Source: Cetorhinus maximus (taxonomy: Eukaryota). From it: a stretch of 64,000 nt of DNA. The notes below the pieces were generated by a model. The model saw nothing but the letters and a program-made list of their open reading frames with translations, ran no database searches and was not told the origin of the DNA. Within the stretch, counting starts at the first letter, position 1. Every line of letters starts with the position of its first letter. The stretch spans positions 23,808,001 through 23,872,000 of the forward strand of contig NC_135905.1 in NCBI RefSeq assembly GCF_964194155.1. Reading direction: 5' to 3'. This document shows, piece by piece, positions 51,536 through 62,125 of this stretch. Position numbers and translations under genes: made by a program.

Positions 51536-52532
51536 CCAACAATCCCAATAGCTATCATTAAAGTGAGATTTCACAAGTAGAACTAACATGGTTTACATAA
51601 TCTTAAACATTTTTGCTTTTCAGGCTGCAGCTATGACCAGAGTAGCCCCATCAGAGTTTTAGCATTCATAACTCGAGCATCTTAGTCCTGCATTCCAAAC
51701 ATTTTCAAAGATCTGTTTTTCTTCATATCGTTAACATGACTGCCTAGGATAGTGATGTAGAAAACTGTCGGTTTTCATGCTTGAAGAGTTCACTCAGATC
51801 ACCTTCACCTTACTGGCATACAATGCAAAATCTGGAAAAGATTGCAGTCATTCTTTGGTGATACAAGTTTTCAATGGGAATGACACTAAAGAGAGAAAGC
51901 CCGTTTCTGCGATTTATTTCAGTGATCTATCAAACTGTTCTCCGCTATTCTTTTTTGATACGATGGGCAGTGTGAAGTAGCTTCATCCAAAACTTCCTCT
52001 GTTTCAAGCATTAGGTCACCCTTTTGCTCATTAAATCATTGTTCTGTTCTTTAATCACAAACACAAAGGAAAATGCTTGTTTGGCAAAGGAACAATGCAT
52101 ACAATTTTCCTGGTAGGTAATAATGATGTTCATTGATCACCTCATCAATTTCTTTCTACAACCTGTTCCAAATTCACATATCAGCCTTGCCAGTTCTGGA
52201 CCAGCATCCATCGCCTTGGAGTGGTAGCATTTTCAGAGTAAGCACCAGATCCTTGATAGAGGCCTTAATCTATTCAAAGACTTAGCTGATTGGCATTGTA
52301 GAAAAATTGTGCCTGGTCCTGTAGACAAAGAAGCCTGCCAAGAATTACAAGTAATCATCTTGTTGCTCATTTTCTACACCCTCCATTTAAGCCAAAATGA
52401 AGTTTGTAACACCAAATGCAAAAGTCATTAGTGCAAGTTGGATTAACATTTCAATGTACAATGTAATGAGTAATCTTTAACCACACAAATCAAAAACCAA
52501 TGGTGGTTCATTAATTGCATTTATATTTTAAG

Positions 52533-52810
52533 CAGCACGTTGCCAACTCTGGTTGGATTCTTAGCGGCTTCATCAGCATGATCACCCATCTCATAATAGC
52601 CCTGCACAGTCAAACAGCTGCTTCTCCCCCCCCCCCCGCCCCACCCACACTTCCAATACTTCTATAACTAATAAAGTATTAGAACATAAAAAACATTGTT
52701 ATTTTAATTTCATTACAATTTTTCCCCAGGGTTTGCTTGCAGAAGCTTCCAAGCCATTAATCTTCAACTACTAGAAGCTCCAGAGCAATCCTGAAGGGTT
52801 GGCAACCCTA
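52533..52810. mobile_element. Small non-autonomous DNA transposon (unclassified MITE)
   Basis: Inverted termini GTTGCCAAC (52539-52547) and GTTGGCAACCCTA (52798-52810) about 270 bp apart. TSD not resolved. Confidence 0.45.
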
Positions 52811-53559
52811 GTTAATTATGAAACAGGGGTGGGGGGTGGGATGGAGATGTGCAGGGCCACAACTGTAAACAGCTGCATATGTCTACATCTTCCAGCACTT
52901 TGTACTGAAATGAACAACTGCAAGTGCACTGAAGTCTGCATTTTGCAACACTTCTATTCGACTGTAACCCTCCTGCCCAAGTCCTGATCATTTCCAGTGC
53001 TACCATTTGTGTGAAAACTTTCTTGCCTAATTATAAAATTTTTCTTTCCAAACTTATCTAGCCAGTGGCACTGTTATTTGCTGTCACAAAGCATTCAAAT
53101 GGCTCGTCAAATGTTACAGCCTGAACTTGATTTGGATTGAGGCAACCCTAACAATATCCCTGCTGTCGTGAATCAGATGTACTAAATGTGTATCCCCACA
53201 GAACAAAGCCATGAGAGAATGTGATCAAATGCCTTGAAGATTGGTCTGACTCCAGGTTTGCATGATGTGCATTGACTTTCACAGTGATGAGGAGTCAATT
53301 ACTGGCATAGGTGGTGCTTTACAATCATAAAAGCATGATATTAGTTCTGCTTCTATGGCTAAATATGTCATTTCCAGTTTTAAGTGCTCCTTTGAGCACA
53401 AATCATCCATTGGTTCGAGCTGATCATTACAACTACCTGCTTTAAGGACAGCCTTATATCTGAAAATGTTCAGTATCTGGTGATTATATTAACTTTAATA
53501 ATTCTTTTCTGTAAGACTCACAATTGAGGATTACTATGAATGGGGCAGGATAAAAGGAA

Positions 53560-53976
53560 GGAAAGAACTTGCATCTTTATAGCTTCTTCACCACCTCATA
53601 ACATCTCAAAGCACTTCAGCCAATTAAGCACTTTGCAAGTGTAGCCACTGTTATGATGTAGGGAAATGTAGCAGCCAATTTGTACGTGGCAGGTTCCCAC
53701 AAAAAGTAATCAGATAAATGACCAAAAAATCTAACTTTTAGTAATATTGGTTGAGGAATAAACATTGGACAGGACACTGGGCAGGACATCTACATTTTAA
53801 AGTGCCCACTTGAGAAGGAAGATGGAGCATTGGTTTAACAGTACTTCCAACTATTCAGTGCTCCTTCAGGACTGCTCTGAAGAGTTGGCCTAACTTGTAT
53901 CCTCAAATCTCTGGAGTGGGCTCAAGTCCACAAACTTCTGACTGAGACACAAGAGTGCTACCACTGAGCCAAGGCT
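53560..53976 (-). mobile_element. Deu-domain SINE (SacSINE1-like), near full length
   Basis: Reverse strand: agccttggctcagtggtagcactcttg (A box)..tRNA head, central cctcaaccaa..tttgtgggaacctgcc..attggctgc domain, tail gatgcaagttctttc. Family name is from recall of shark SINE consensus. Confidence 0.7.
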
Positions 53977-55094
53977 AAACTTTAAATCATGAAAACCCCA
54001 GTTGTTCTGCATTGTAATCATACAGCAATCTATTATCAGTGTTATTGTCTTCTGCTCACCACAAGACAGTGCAATTTTCCTTTGTTGGCTGGAACTAATC
54101 AAGTTGTTTTCGACTGACAATCTTTAACAAGTTACATTTGATATTCACCACAGAACAACCCGCAGTTGAGCCTTTTATTATGTATTAAGAGAACAATACT
54201 GCCTTTGGTGACAGTATGGCAATACAACTGAGACATCACTATAACAACAGGCGATTTCTTTTCCCCCCATGCCACTGATGGAGAACGTGATTAACAAGTC
54301 CTTGATGTTGCAAGCCACGATTTCCTCTCATCATCAGTAGTGTGATGATCTGTACAGACTGTCTGAAATCAGGGTAGTTCTGTGATCTGAAAATTAAAGT
54401 CATTACTTTTCAACATCTGCATGACTCAAATTAATATGTGCATCACTGCTTTGCTATTTACATCGATGCTTAGAAATCCAACCTGCAACATAAACAGAGC
54501 AGGTTCCGAGGGTAATAAAGTTGGAATATGTTTGCCGCACATTTTTATTTTTTTTACACTAGTCTTTTATGCTTAACAACAGCAAAATTAGCATTTCCAG
54601 GATGGCGTCCTCCAAGCCGGGTGATCTGACCAATTCATTTCAGCAGTGTGGTGCTCAACAATAAATAGCATGCAGGTGGGGAGACAACAAAGCCATAGCA
54701 AGCCTTTCTTACATGAAACATACTGAATTCAGATTGTGCATTTTGTCAATGGAGCTGCTGGCCAATTTTTGAGCATTTTACTTGATTAAAAATGTTGATT
54801 ATGATGTTGACCTGCTCATGAATTAAAACATAAATTTATCATGTAAGCTAATTAGGCAATGAATGAATACGAAAAATAGGACATCACCATCCCATGCTGT
54901 GATTGTTTCAGTGTCCTGGATAAAAGCTAAATAGTTCCATGAAAGAAACATATTATGAAATGCATTTGGGAGAAGCATATTTTGTACATAGTGTAATACA
55001 CTGAATAGGTAGAGGAGCAGGGTTTTGGAAAACCAGACAATTCATTATTCAGCCATTGCAAATAAAAATAATCCTAGACTTTAAAGTTACAAAT

Positions 55095-55480
55095 TTGTTT
55101 TTCCAAAAGAATACTTTATTCATAAATGTATCTAAAAGTATGTACCAAGACATTTAAAAGTAGGCAAAGTGCAATAATGTTCAACTTTTCTCCACAGTGC
55201 ATGTTGCACTCTGAGGTACGTGCCTCAGTACAATATCACTATACGTGATGCTGCACATTCATTATCAAGCAAACAGCTCGAGGGGTTGTACACGGTATCA
55301 GCCCCTTGGTGCACTATGGCTGAAAGGCCTTAGATGGTGGCCTAACCCCAATGTGCCTCTGCAGCAGCTGCCCCAAGCTTTACAGTCCATAGAGCACACA
55401 GTCTTGCATCATGGAGCTGCTCAGGACAAACCTCGACAAAAAATAGTGCATCACTTCCCAGGCCTTTTACATTGTTTGGT
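55095..55480 (-). mobile_element. Tx1/L1-type LINE 3' end
   Basis: Reverse strand ends ..KLGAAAAEAHWG, then a 3'UTR with aataaagtattcttttggaaaaa. Resembles the C-terminus of vertebrate Tx1-like ORF2 (from recall). Confidence 0.5.
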
Positions 55481-56134
55481 TCAAAATATTTCATATTGCT
55501 GGTGTGTGCATTAAGAGCCCAAGTTTTACCGACACACATTAAACCTAGGATGGATACCTCCGACACAAAAGTAGCTGAATCTGAATTTGAAAACAGCCCA
55601 TATTTTCTTTGAAAATCAGTACTTATGAAACTCTTATGATTCAAGCATAGGTGTGCATTTTCAATTAAGATAATACATATTTTTAACTGATGAATTACAA
55701 TCTTCAATAGTCTTCTCTCTGCTAAGGTATTCAATCTAAAAGACAGTTTAATACATTATCTCACAATTGCTCCTTCACGTTAGTGACCTTTCATTATCAC
55801 TCATGAGGATTTGACAATAAATACGCAATTTTTCCCCAGCACTTAATCTGAGCGCTCTTCTGTTAGGGAGTGAGGGATGAATGAATGTAGTTTTGATTCC
55901 TTTTTAAAAAATCAACAGGCTAGCTATGAAGCAAGCTGGGCTCTCAGCTATGTTCCCTATAGCAAACCCAATTCCCTCTTAAGCAATTCTCTCGGAAGTC
56001 GAGGGCATTAATTCATTGGTCTCTCCGTGAGAAGATGAAGAGAGGCAAGAGGCCTTTTATAAATTAAAGAGAAAAATATAATCCTAATACGATCAGACTG
56101 AAGGCAGTCCCTCACAGCCAATCACATTATAAAC

Positions 56135-56405
56135 ATTCATTCATCAATCCTTTCTTCCTTTCTCTCAGCTTTTCCCATGTTACATAGGGTCACCACAATG
56201 CTGGTTGATCACCTTAACACCAACCATTATGTTTCAGCTGGATGCAATTAGCACTCCCCATTTATCCAGGCTGGGGACTAGCACTGATACACGCTGGCTT
56301 GCCTGCATGATTGGCTGGGTTCTTTCATGGCCAAAAGACCTGGAGTAGGACTTCAACCTGGGTGTTCCAACTCAGAGGCAAGAGAGCTACCCACAGAGTC
56401 ACACA
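56135..56405 (-). mobile_element. Unclassified tRNA-headed SINE-like element
   Basis: Reverse strand begins gtgactctgtgggtagctctcttgcctctgagttgg..ggttgaagtcctactccagg (A/B-box-like) and ends in a gatgaatgaatg-type tail. Confidence 0.45.
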
Positions 56406-57616
56406 AGTTTCCACAAACCATTAATTCATCAATAAACCGCGTTATAAACATTTGTGCACAGTTAGTGTGGAGTGCAATTTTCAACATGGTGGCTTGGAGT
56501 TTCTTCATTTCAACAAAATAATTGGCACCCCACAAAGACATATCTCAGTGTTCTACATGAAGCTGGACATTTGGAACACCAATAGCAGAAGCCTTTTGAA
56601 GGCAATTCACATGTACTACATTACAGTGAAAATCACTGAGACCGTATGTGTACACTTCTGATGTTTCAATTTCTCCCAGCAACATTTTCACATTTAGACC
56701 ATGGTCATTATTGTTTTGAAGGCGCCTCATTATGCATGAACCATGCAGTGCACAATTATCACTCTTACAAATGTTTAGGGAGCCTCAATATTGTTAAATA
56801 TATGCATGGTATATATATCATTTATAAGTCACAATGACAGTAATCAAGCAGTTTTCTAAGGAGGCTGGACTCTGAAACTCAGCACACCTTAAAGATCTTC
56901 AGTGCAGCCACCTCTTTAATTTCCCACAGACATGTGTCAAGTCGATAAAAAAAGTGTTTGGGGGTAATGTGAAGTATATTAACTTACAACCCAATCCGAT
57001 TCTCACCAATACCTATCACTAAAGATAAAGTGACCAAAAACCCATTTTGCTGTATTTATTCTTAGCTTAGTCCAAAAATACCCCTCCATTACAGTGGAAG
57101 GTTCATATTTTTTGTCAATTGTTGTCTCTCTCATTACATGTGTCCTTTAAAGCCATGTGAAGTACCACCTTCATTAGTTCTTTGCTGATTAAAAAACCGT
57201 CCAAGTAAAGCACTGGAATAGAAAGGGGCTCACATTTCAACTGAATTCACCATTACCTGGCTCTTAAATAATTGTTGAAAACAATGAGAAGATTTAGTTT
57301 AAAGACAATGGAACACCTGAAAATTCTTAAACAACTCATTTTCCAGGTATTTTTGTTTTTGTTCTAGATTTCCAGCATCCGCAATATTTTGCTTTTAATT
57401 ATTCCTCATCTGTTTTCAACAATTTGCACAGTCAGCTGTGCCTTGTTGGCACATAATAAAGATTGGCAGCAAAAGAATCCAGTTTTCTGATATTAACTCT
57501 TCACAAACGGTTTCAAATTGCCCTTGTGATATTGATTTAGATTACAGCCTCAAAGTGAGAGTCCAACAAATGCAGCAATTTTGGATCACTTTAAATTAAA
57601 ATCTACATTGCTGCAA

Positions 57617-57795
57617 ACATAAGATCACAAGGAATATGAGCAGGAGTAGGCCACATGGCCCATCGAGCTTGCTCCACTATGGTTGATCTTGGGTTTCAAC
57701 TTCACTTTCCTGCCCACTCCCCATATCCCTTGATCCCGAGACACCAAAAATCTGTCTATCCCAGCCTTAAATGCATTCAATAACCGAGCATCAAT
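57617..57795 (-). mobile_element. CR1 3'UTR fragment
   Basis: acataagatcacaag..gagcaggagtaggcc..ccccatatcccttgat..agccttaaatgcattcaat. Confidence 0.7.
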
Positions 57796-59021
57796 TTCTT
57801 CAATTTAATTTAATTCAATTTAACTGAACTCAGTTCTACACCAATTTGACACATTTTATTTAGATCAATACCCTCCACAATCACTTGAGTACTTTTTTCA
57901 ATACATTGATGCTCAACTTCAATGGAGACATGTGAAGTGAAAGTCACACAGGACACAGAAGTCATAGATGTGATGACCCCATGTCATATCATACACTAAA
58001 CTAGTTAAGCTGATGTCTGTAATTTGACACAACAAAATGCAGCAATGTGTAAAAGAGCAGACAGCAGCTCCCCCTGTTGTTAACTTCTTTCAACGTCTGA
58101 CTGCACAATTCCGATTAGTGTTTGTTTAGCAACAAATCCACATCCTTGCTCCAATCTGCCACCTTCTAAAAATAGCAATTAAATGACATACCCTGTGCTG
58201 TATGGCACTCTTCCCTTTTTATTACTAGTTTGATCTTACTTATCAAATCTTCACTGTTAATGAAAATGTTCAGCTAACTGATGTACCATAAGTGAAGAGG
58301 AGAGAAACAACTTTATAATCTTTAATGATACCCAGGTAAACACTTTGTGATTTTAAAGAAAAATTAATCTCCTAACTTCGATGGTAGAAGTTAGTTTTTC
58401 TATCGGTGTTAATAAACTTGAACAATCATTACAAATTTAAGTTCAGCTATAAAATATACAGCTCCATATTCAATATATGTAGTACAGATCCTGTCAGTTT
58501 ATTAATCTCCCCATTTAATTCCTGTATGAAAGATTTTTATGCCAAAAATTGGCCTTGAGTTATCAATAAAACCCCCCTGGATAATAATCAACCAAGTCTT
58601 ACAGCTATACAAGCGTCGCCATCAGTGGTGGCAGTCATTTCATTCTTCAGTTTAAAAAAAACATTACTGCTTGGCACCCAAGCAGCTCCACCAAATTCCT
58701 TTCTAAGCCACTTGATAAAACTACAATCTGCCGTTCTTCCTTGGCATACCAAGGCAAAGGAAGGCAGTCCTATCACTGTAATGATTTATGAAGGATGGTG
58801 AGCTGAAACTTCCTGCAGTTTATTTCCACAGTGTGAAGGGCATGATGCATCTGAGAGAAAACAGACTACCCTCATGGCTAACAGCTTTCAACAGGTATTG
58901 GTTATCTAACATACCGTCATTAACTCAATGTCTCTTTCACAAAACATGCATCAAATCTGGGAATTCAAGAATAAAATTGTTTAAGTTCACAACAGTGGAA
59001 AGTGGCAAAGTGCATGTCAAC

Positions 59022-59460
59022 ATTCTTCTTTATACATGTTTCTCCCTTTTTAATGTAAATTCCATTGTTCCAATATGTCTTTGCAACTTTACTTTTCTCA
59101 TAATATAAATCTTCCATAGTACTCATATTATCAGTAACCTTTGTGAAAAATAAACAGATTGCTTGGCTTAGCTTCATATGGCTAGGTGTAACATCTCATC
59201 ATCTCTTTGAAATTTAAACTACTCTGGTTTATCTAAAAATGCAAATGTTCCTCACATTCTAAAACTTCAGCCATGTTTACGCATTCCCCTAGCTTCCCCT
59301 TTGATCACTCAAAAGCTCCAGACTAGCTGTCTCTAATTCAATTAAATCCCCCCCCCCACACACACATATACACACAGAGACACTAATCCAAACTTCACTA
59401 TTAACCTACCTTTAGAATAAATCACCATAATATTATGAAAATTATTATATTTTCATGACA
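59022..59460 (-). mobile_element. Partial LTR related to 14040-14937
   Basis: Collinear with 14500-14937 (ctttatacatgtttctc, aaaataaaca, ctttgaaatt, aaaaatgcaaat, atattatgaaaa). Ends TTTCATGACA. Confidence 0.7.
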
Positions 59461-59496
59461 GATAAAAGATTAAAAAGAAACAAAAACATAAAGTCA

Positions 59497-59658
59497 ACTA
59501 AAACAGAGAATACTGGACACAGTCAACAGGTCAGGCAGCATTTGTAGAAAGAGAAAAAGTTAACGTTTCATCAGAACCAGAAATGCTAACTCTGTTTCTT
59601 TCTGCACAGATGCTACCTAACCTACTGAATATATCCAGCATTTTCTGTTTTTATTTCA
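59497..59658. mobile_element. Penelope-like terminal repeats, inverted pair
   Basis: aaaacagagaatactgg..caggtcaggcagcatttgtagaaagag..gttaacgtttcatcag faces ..aactctgtttctttctgcacagatgctacc..tccagcattttctgttttt. Confidence 0.65.
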
Positions 59659-59692
59659 ATTGTCCAACATCCATTTAATAACTGGATGCCAG

Positions 59693-59870
59693 AGCGAGAG
59701 CCGGAGCGCGAGGGGGCGAGAGCCGGAGCACGAGGGGGCGAGAGCCGGAGCACGAGGGGGCGAGAGCCGGAGCACGAGGGGGCGAGAGCCGGAGTGCGAG
59801 GGGGTGAGAGCCGGAGCGCGAGGGGGCGATAGCCGGAGCGCGAGGGGGCCAGAGCCGGAGCGCAAGGGGG
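59693..59870. repeat. GC-rich 22-bp minisatellite, 8 units
   Basis: Unit GCGAGAGCCGGAGCRCGAGGGG. CCGGAG recurs at 59701, 59723, 59745, 59767, 59789, 59811, 59833 and 59855. Confidence 0.95.
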
Positions 59871-61335
59871 AAGCAAGTGGGTGAGCGAACAAGCTCGAGC
59901 AAGAAGGCAAGCGAGCACAAGAGAGCAAGAGGGTGAACGAGAGCGAGAGCGCGAGCGAGAGCGACAGACCGAGAGCAAGACAGTGGGCAGTAGAGCATGT
60001 GCATGCGTGAGAGGGGGAGAGTGTGTGCGTGAGGGAGAGTGTGTGCACGTGAAAGCGGGAGATCGGGGAGAACGTGTTACTGCAAGAGAGCGTGTGTGTG
60101 TGTGTGTTTGCATATGTGTGTGCGTGTGCACCTGTGAGAACAAGAGACAGTTTGTGTGTGAGCAAGAGTGTGTGCATGTGAGTGAGTGTGCAGGTGTGTG
60201 AGCGAGAGTGTGTGTGAGCGAGAGTGTGTGTGAGCGAGAGTGTGTGTGAGCGAGAGTGTGTGTGAGCGAGAGTGTGTGTGAGCGAAAGTGTGTGTGAGCG
60301 AGAGAGGGTGAGCGAGAGAGGGTGAGCGAGAGAGGGTGAGCGAGAGTGTGTGTGAGCGACAGTGTGTGTGAGCGAGTGTGTGTGAGCGCGAGTGTGTGTG
60401 AGCGAGAAAGGGTGAGCGAGTGTGTGTGAGCGAGAGTGTGTGTGAGCGAGAGTGTGTGTGAGCGAGAGAGGGTGAGCGAGAGTGTGTGTGAGCAAGAGTG
60501 TGTGTGAGCGAGAGAGGGTGAGCGAGAGTGTGTGTGAGCAAGAGTGTGTGTGAGCGAGAGTGTGTGTGAGCGAGAGAGGGAGAGCGAGAGAGGGTGAGCG
60601 AGAGTGTGTGTGAGCGAGAGGGTGAGCGAGAGTGTGTGTGAGCGAGAGTGTGTGTGAGCGAGAGTGTGTGTGAGCGAGAGAGGGTGAGCGAGAGAGGGTA
60701 AGCGAGAGAGGGTGAGCAAGAGTGTGTGTGAGCAAGAGTGTGTGTGAGCAAGAGTGTGTGTGAGTGAGAGAGGGTGAGCGAGAGAGGGTGAGCGACAGTG
60801 TGTGTGAGCGAGAGTGTGTGTGAGCAAGAGTGTGTGTGAGCGAGAGTGTGTGTAAGCGAGAGAGGGTGAGCGAGAGAGGGTGAGCGAGAGAGGGTGAGCG
60901 AGAGTGTGTGAGCGAGAGTGTGTGTGAGCGAGAGAGGGTGAGCGAGAGTGTGTGTGAGTGAGCATGTGTGTGCGTGCGCCCGTGTGAGAGCAAGAGGGTG
61001 TGCGGCTTGCGCGCGTGAGCGAGAGTGTGCGTGCATGCGAGCAACAGTGTGCTGCGTGTGTGAGCGAGAGTGTGCGTGCATGTGTATGCACGAGCATGTA
61101 CATGTTTGAGAGCGCGAAACGTGTGTGGGTGTGTGCATGTGAGCAAGTGTGCGTGCCTGTGTGTGCACGCACGTGAGAGTACGTGCACGCGTGTGTGTGA
61201 GAGCGTGTGTGTGTGTGAGCGTGAGAGTGTTAGTGAGTGAGCGAGAGAGTGTGTGAGAGAGCAAGAGAGTGTGTGTATGAGCAAGAGTGTGTGTATGAGC
61301 AAGAGTGTGTGTGAGAGCACACGCACGTGCTTGAG
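59871..61335. repeat. Compound (GA/GT/GC) minisatellite
   Basis: Core ~60195-60960 is built from the 16-mer GAGCGAGAGTGTGTGT and the 14-mer GAGCGAGAGAGGGT, flanked by degenerate GT/GC/GA dinucleotide-rich sequence. Confidence 0.95.
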
Positions 61336-61714
61336 CGAGCAAACCTGGCTCACTCGCAGCCTCAGAGTTACACTCACTCTCACCCCCACAAACCAACTTT
61401 ACACCGTGGGTGTGGATGAAGTTGAGTGAATAAGTACTTCGAGATGGAGTGTGAGCTGGAAAAACACAATTTGACCCTCTCTCAGACTAATGGTCATCTT
61501 TATTAGTTACTCATTATTTTAATTTGTTGCTTTGATATTGCTTTTTTTATGCTCAGCAAGTTGTTTCTCTTCTTCATACCTTAACATTTTATTGAAATTC
61601 ATGCGTAATGTTGTGCCAAACATTATCTTTTCAAAATTTGCTCATTGGCCCCTAAAGCGAGAAAACAAAATTAAATGTGGCTCCTCACGAAAAGGTTGGA
61701 CAAGCCTGTTCTAG

Positions 61715-62125
61715 GCAATACAACTAGTTTGTGCACCCCTTGGAGACCACATCATTGTAAACATACACTTCCTCCAAGATCAAAATATACTTCCCAAGGT
61801 GTAGTGTCCAGAACTGCTTGCAATAATCCAGGTGTGGTCTAACCAGGGCTTTGTATAGCTGAAGCAAAGCTTCTACCCCCTTGTATTCAATTCCTTGAGA
61901 TATAAAGGCCAGCATTCATTTTTTAAAAATTACTTTCTGTACTTATTCATGACATTTTCATGATCTATGTGCCTGGACCCGCAAGTCACTTTGGACCTCA
62001 ACTGTTTCTTGCTTGTCACCATTTAGAAAGTGTTTTGCTCTATCCTTTTTAGGTCCAAAGTGAATGGTCTCGCATCAGCTGACATTGAAATCCATTCACT
62101 ACTGTTTAGCCTATTCACTTAATCG
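61715..62125 (-). mobile_element. CR1 LINE RT fragment
   Basis: ORF 61724-61915 (MLAFISQGIEYKG..LYKALVRPHLDYCKQFW). Confidence 0.8.

Noticed and set aside
54340-54392. Box C/D snoRNA-like pattern (GTGATGA..CTGA..CTGA)
   Set aside because: Only ~50 nt, with no terminal stem and no recognisable rRNA/snRNA guide.
59693-60960. CRISPR-like array
   Set aside because: Units are tandem without unique spacers, there are no cas genes, and the context is eukaryotic.
59622-61396. Long ORFs of 439-577 aa (His/Thr/Leu/Ser/Arg-rich) in all three minus frames
   Set aside because: They are translations of the stop-poor minisatellite. Being open in all three frames with no domain content marks them as artefacts.
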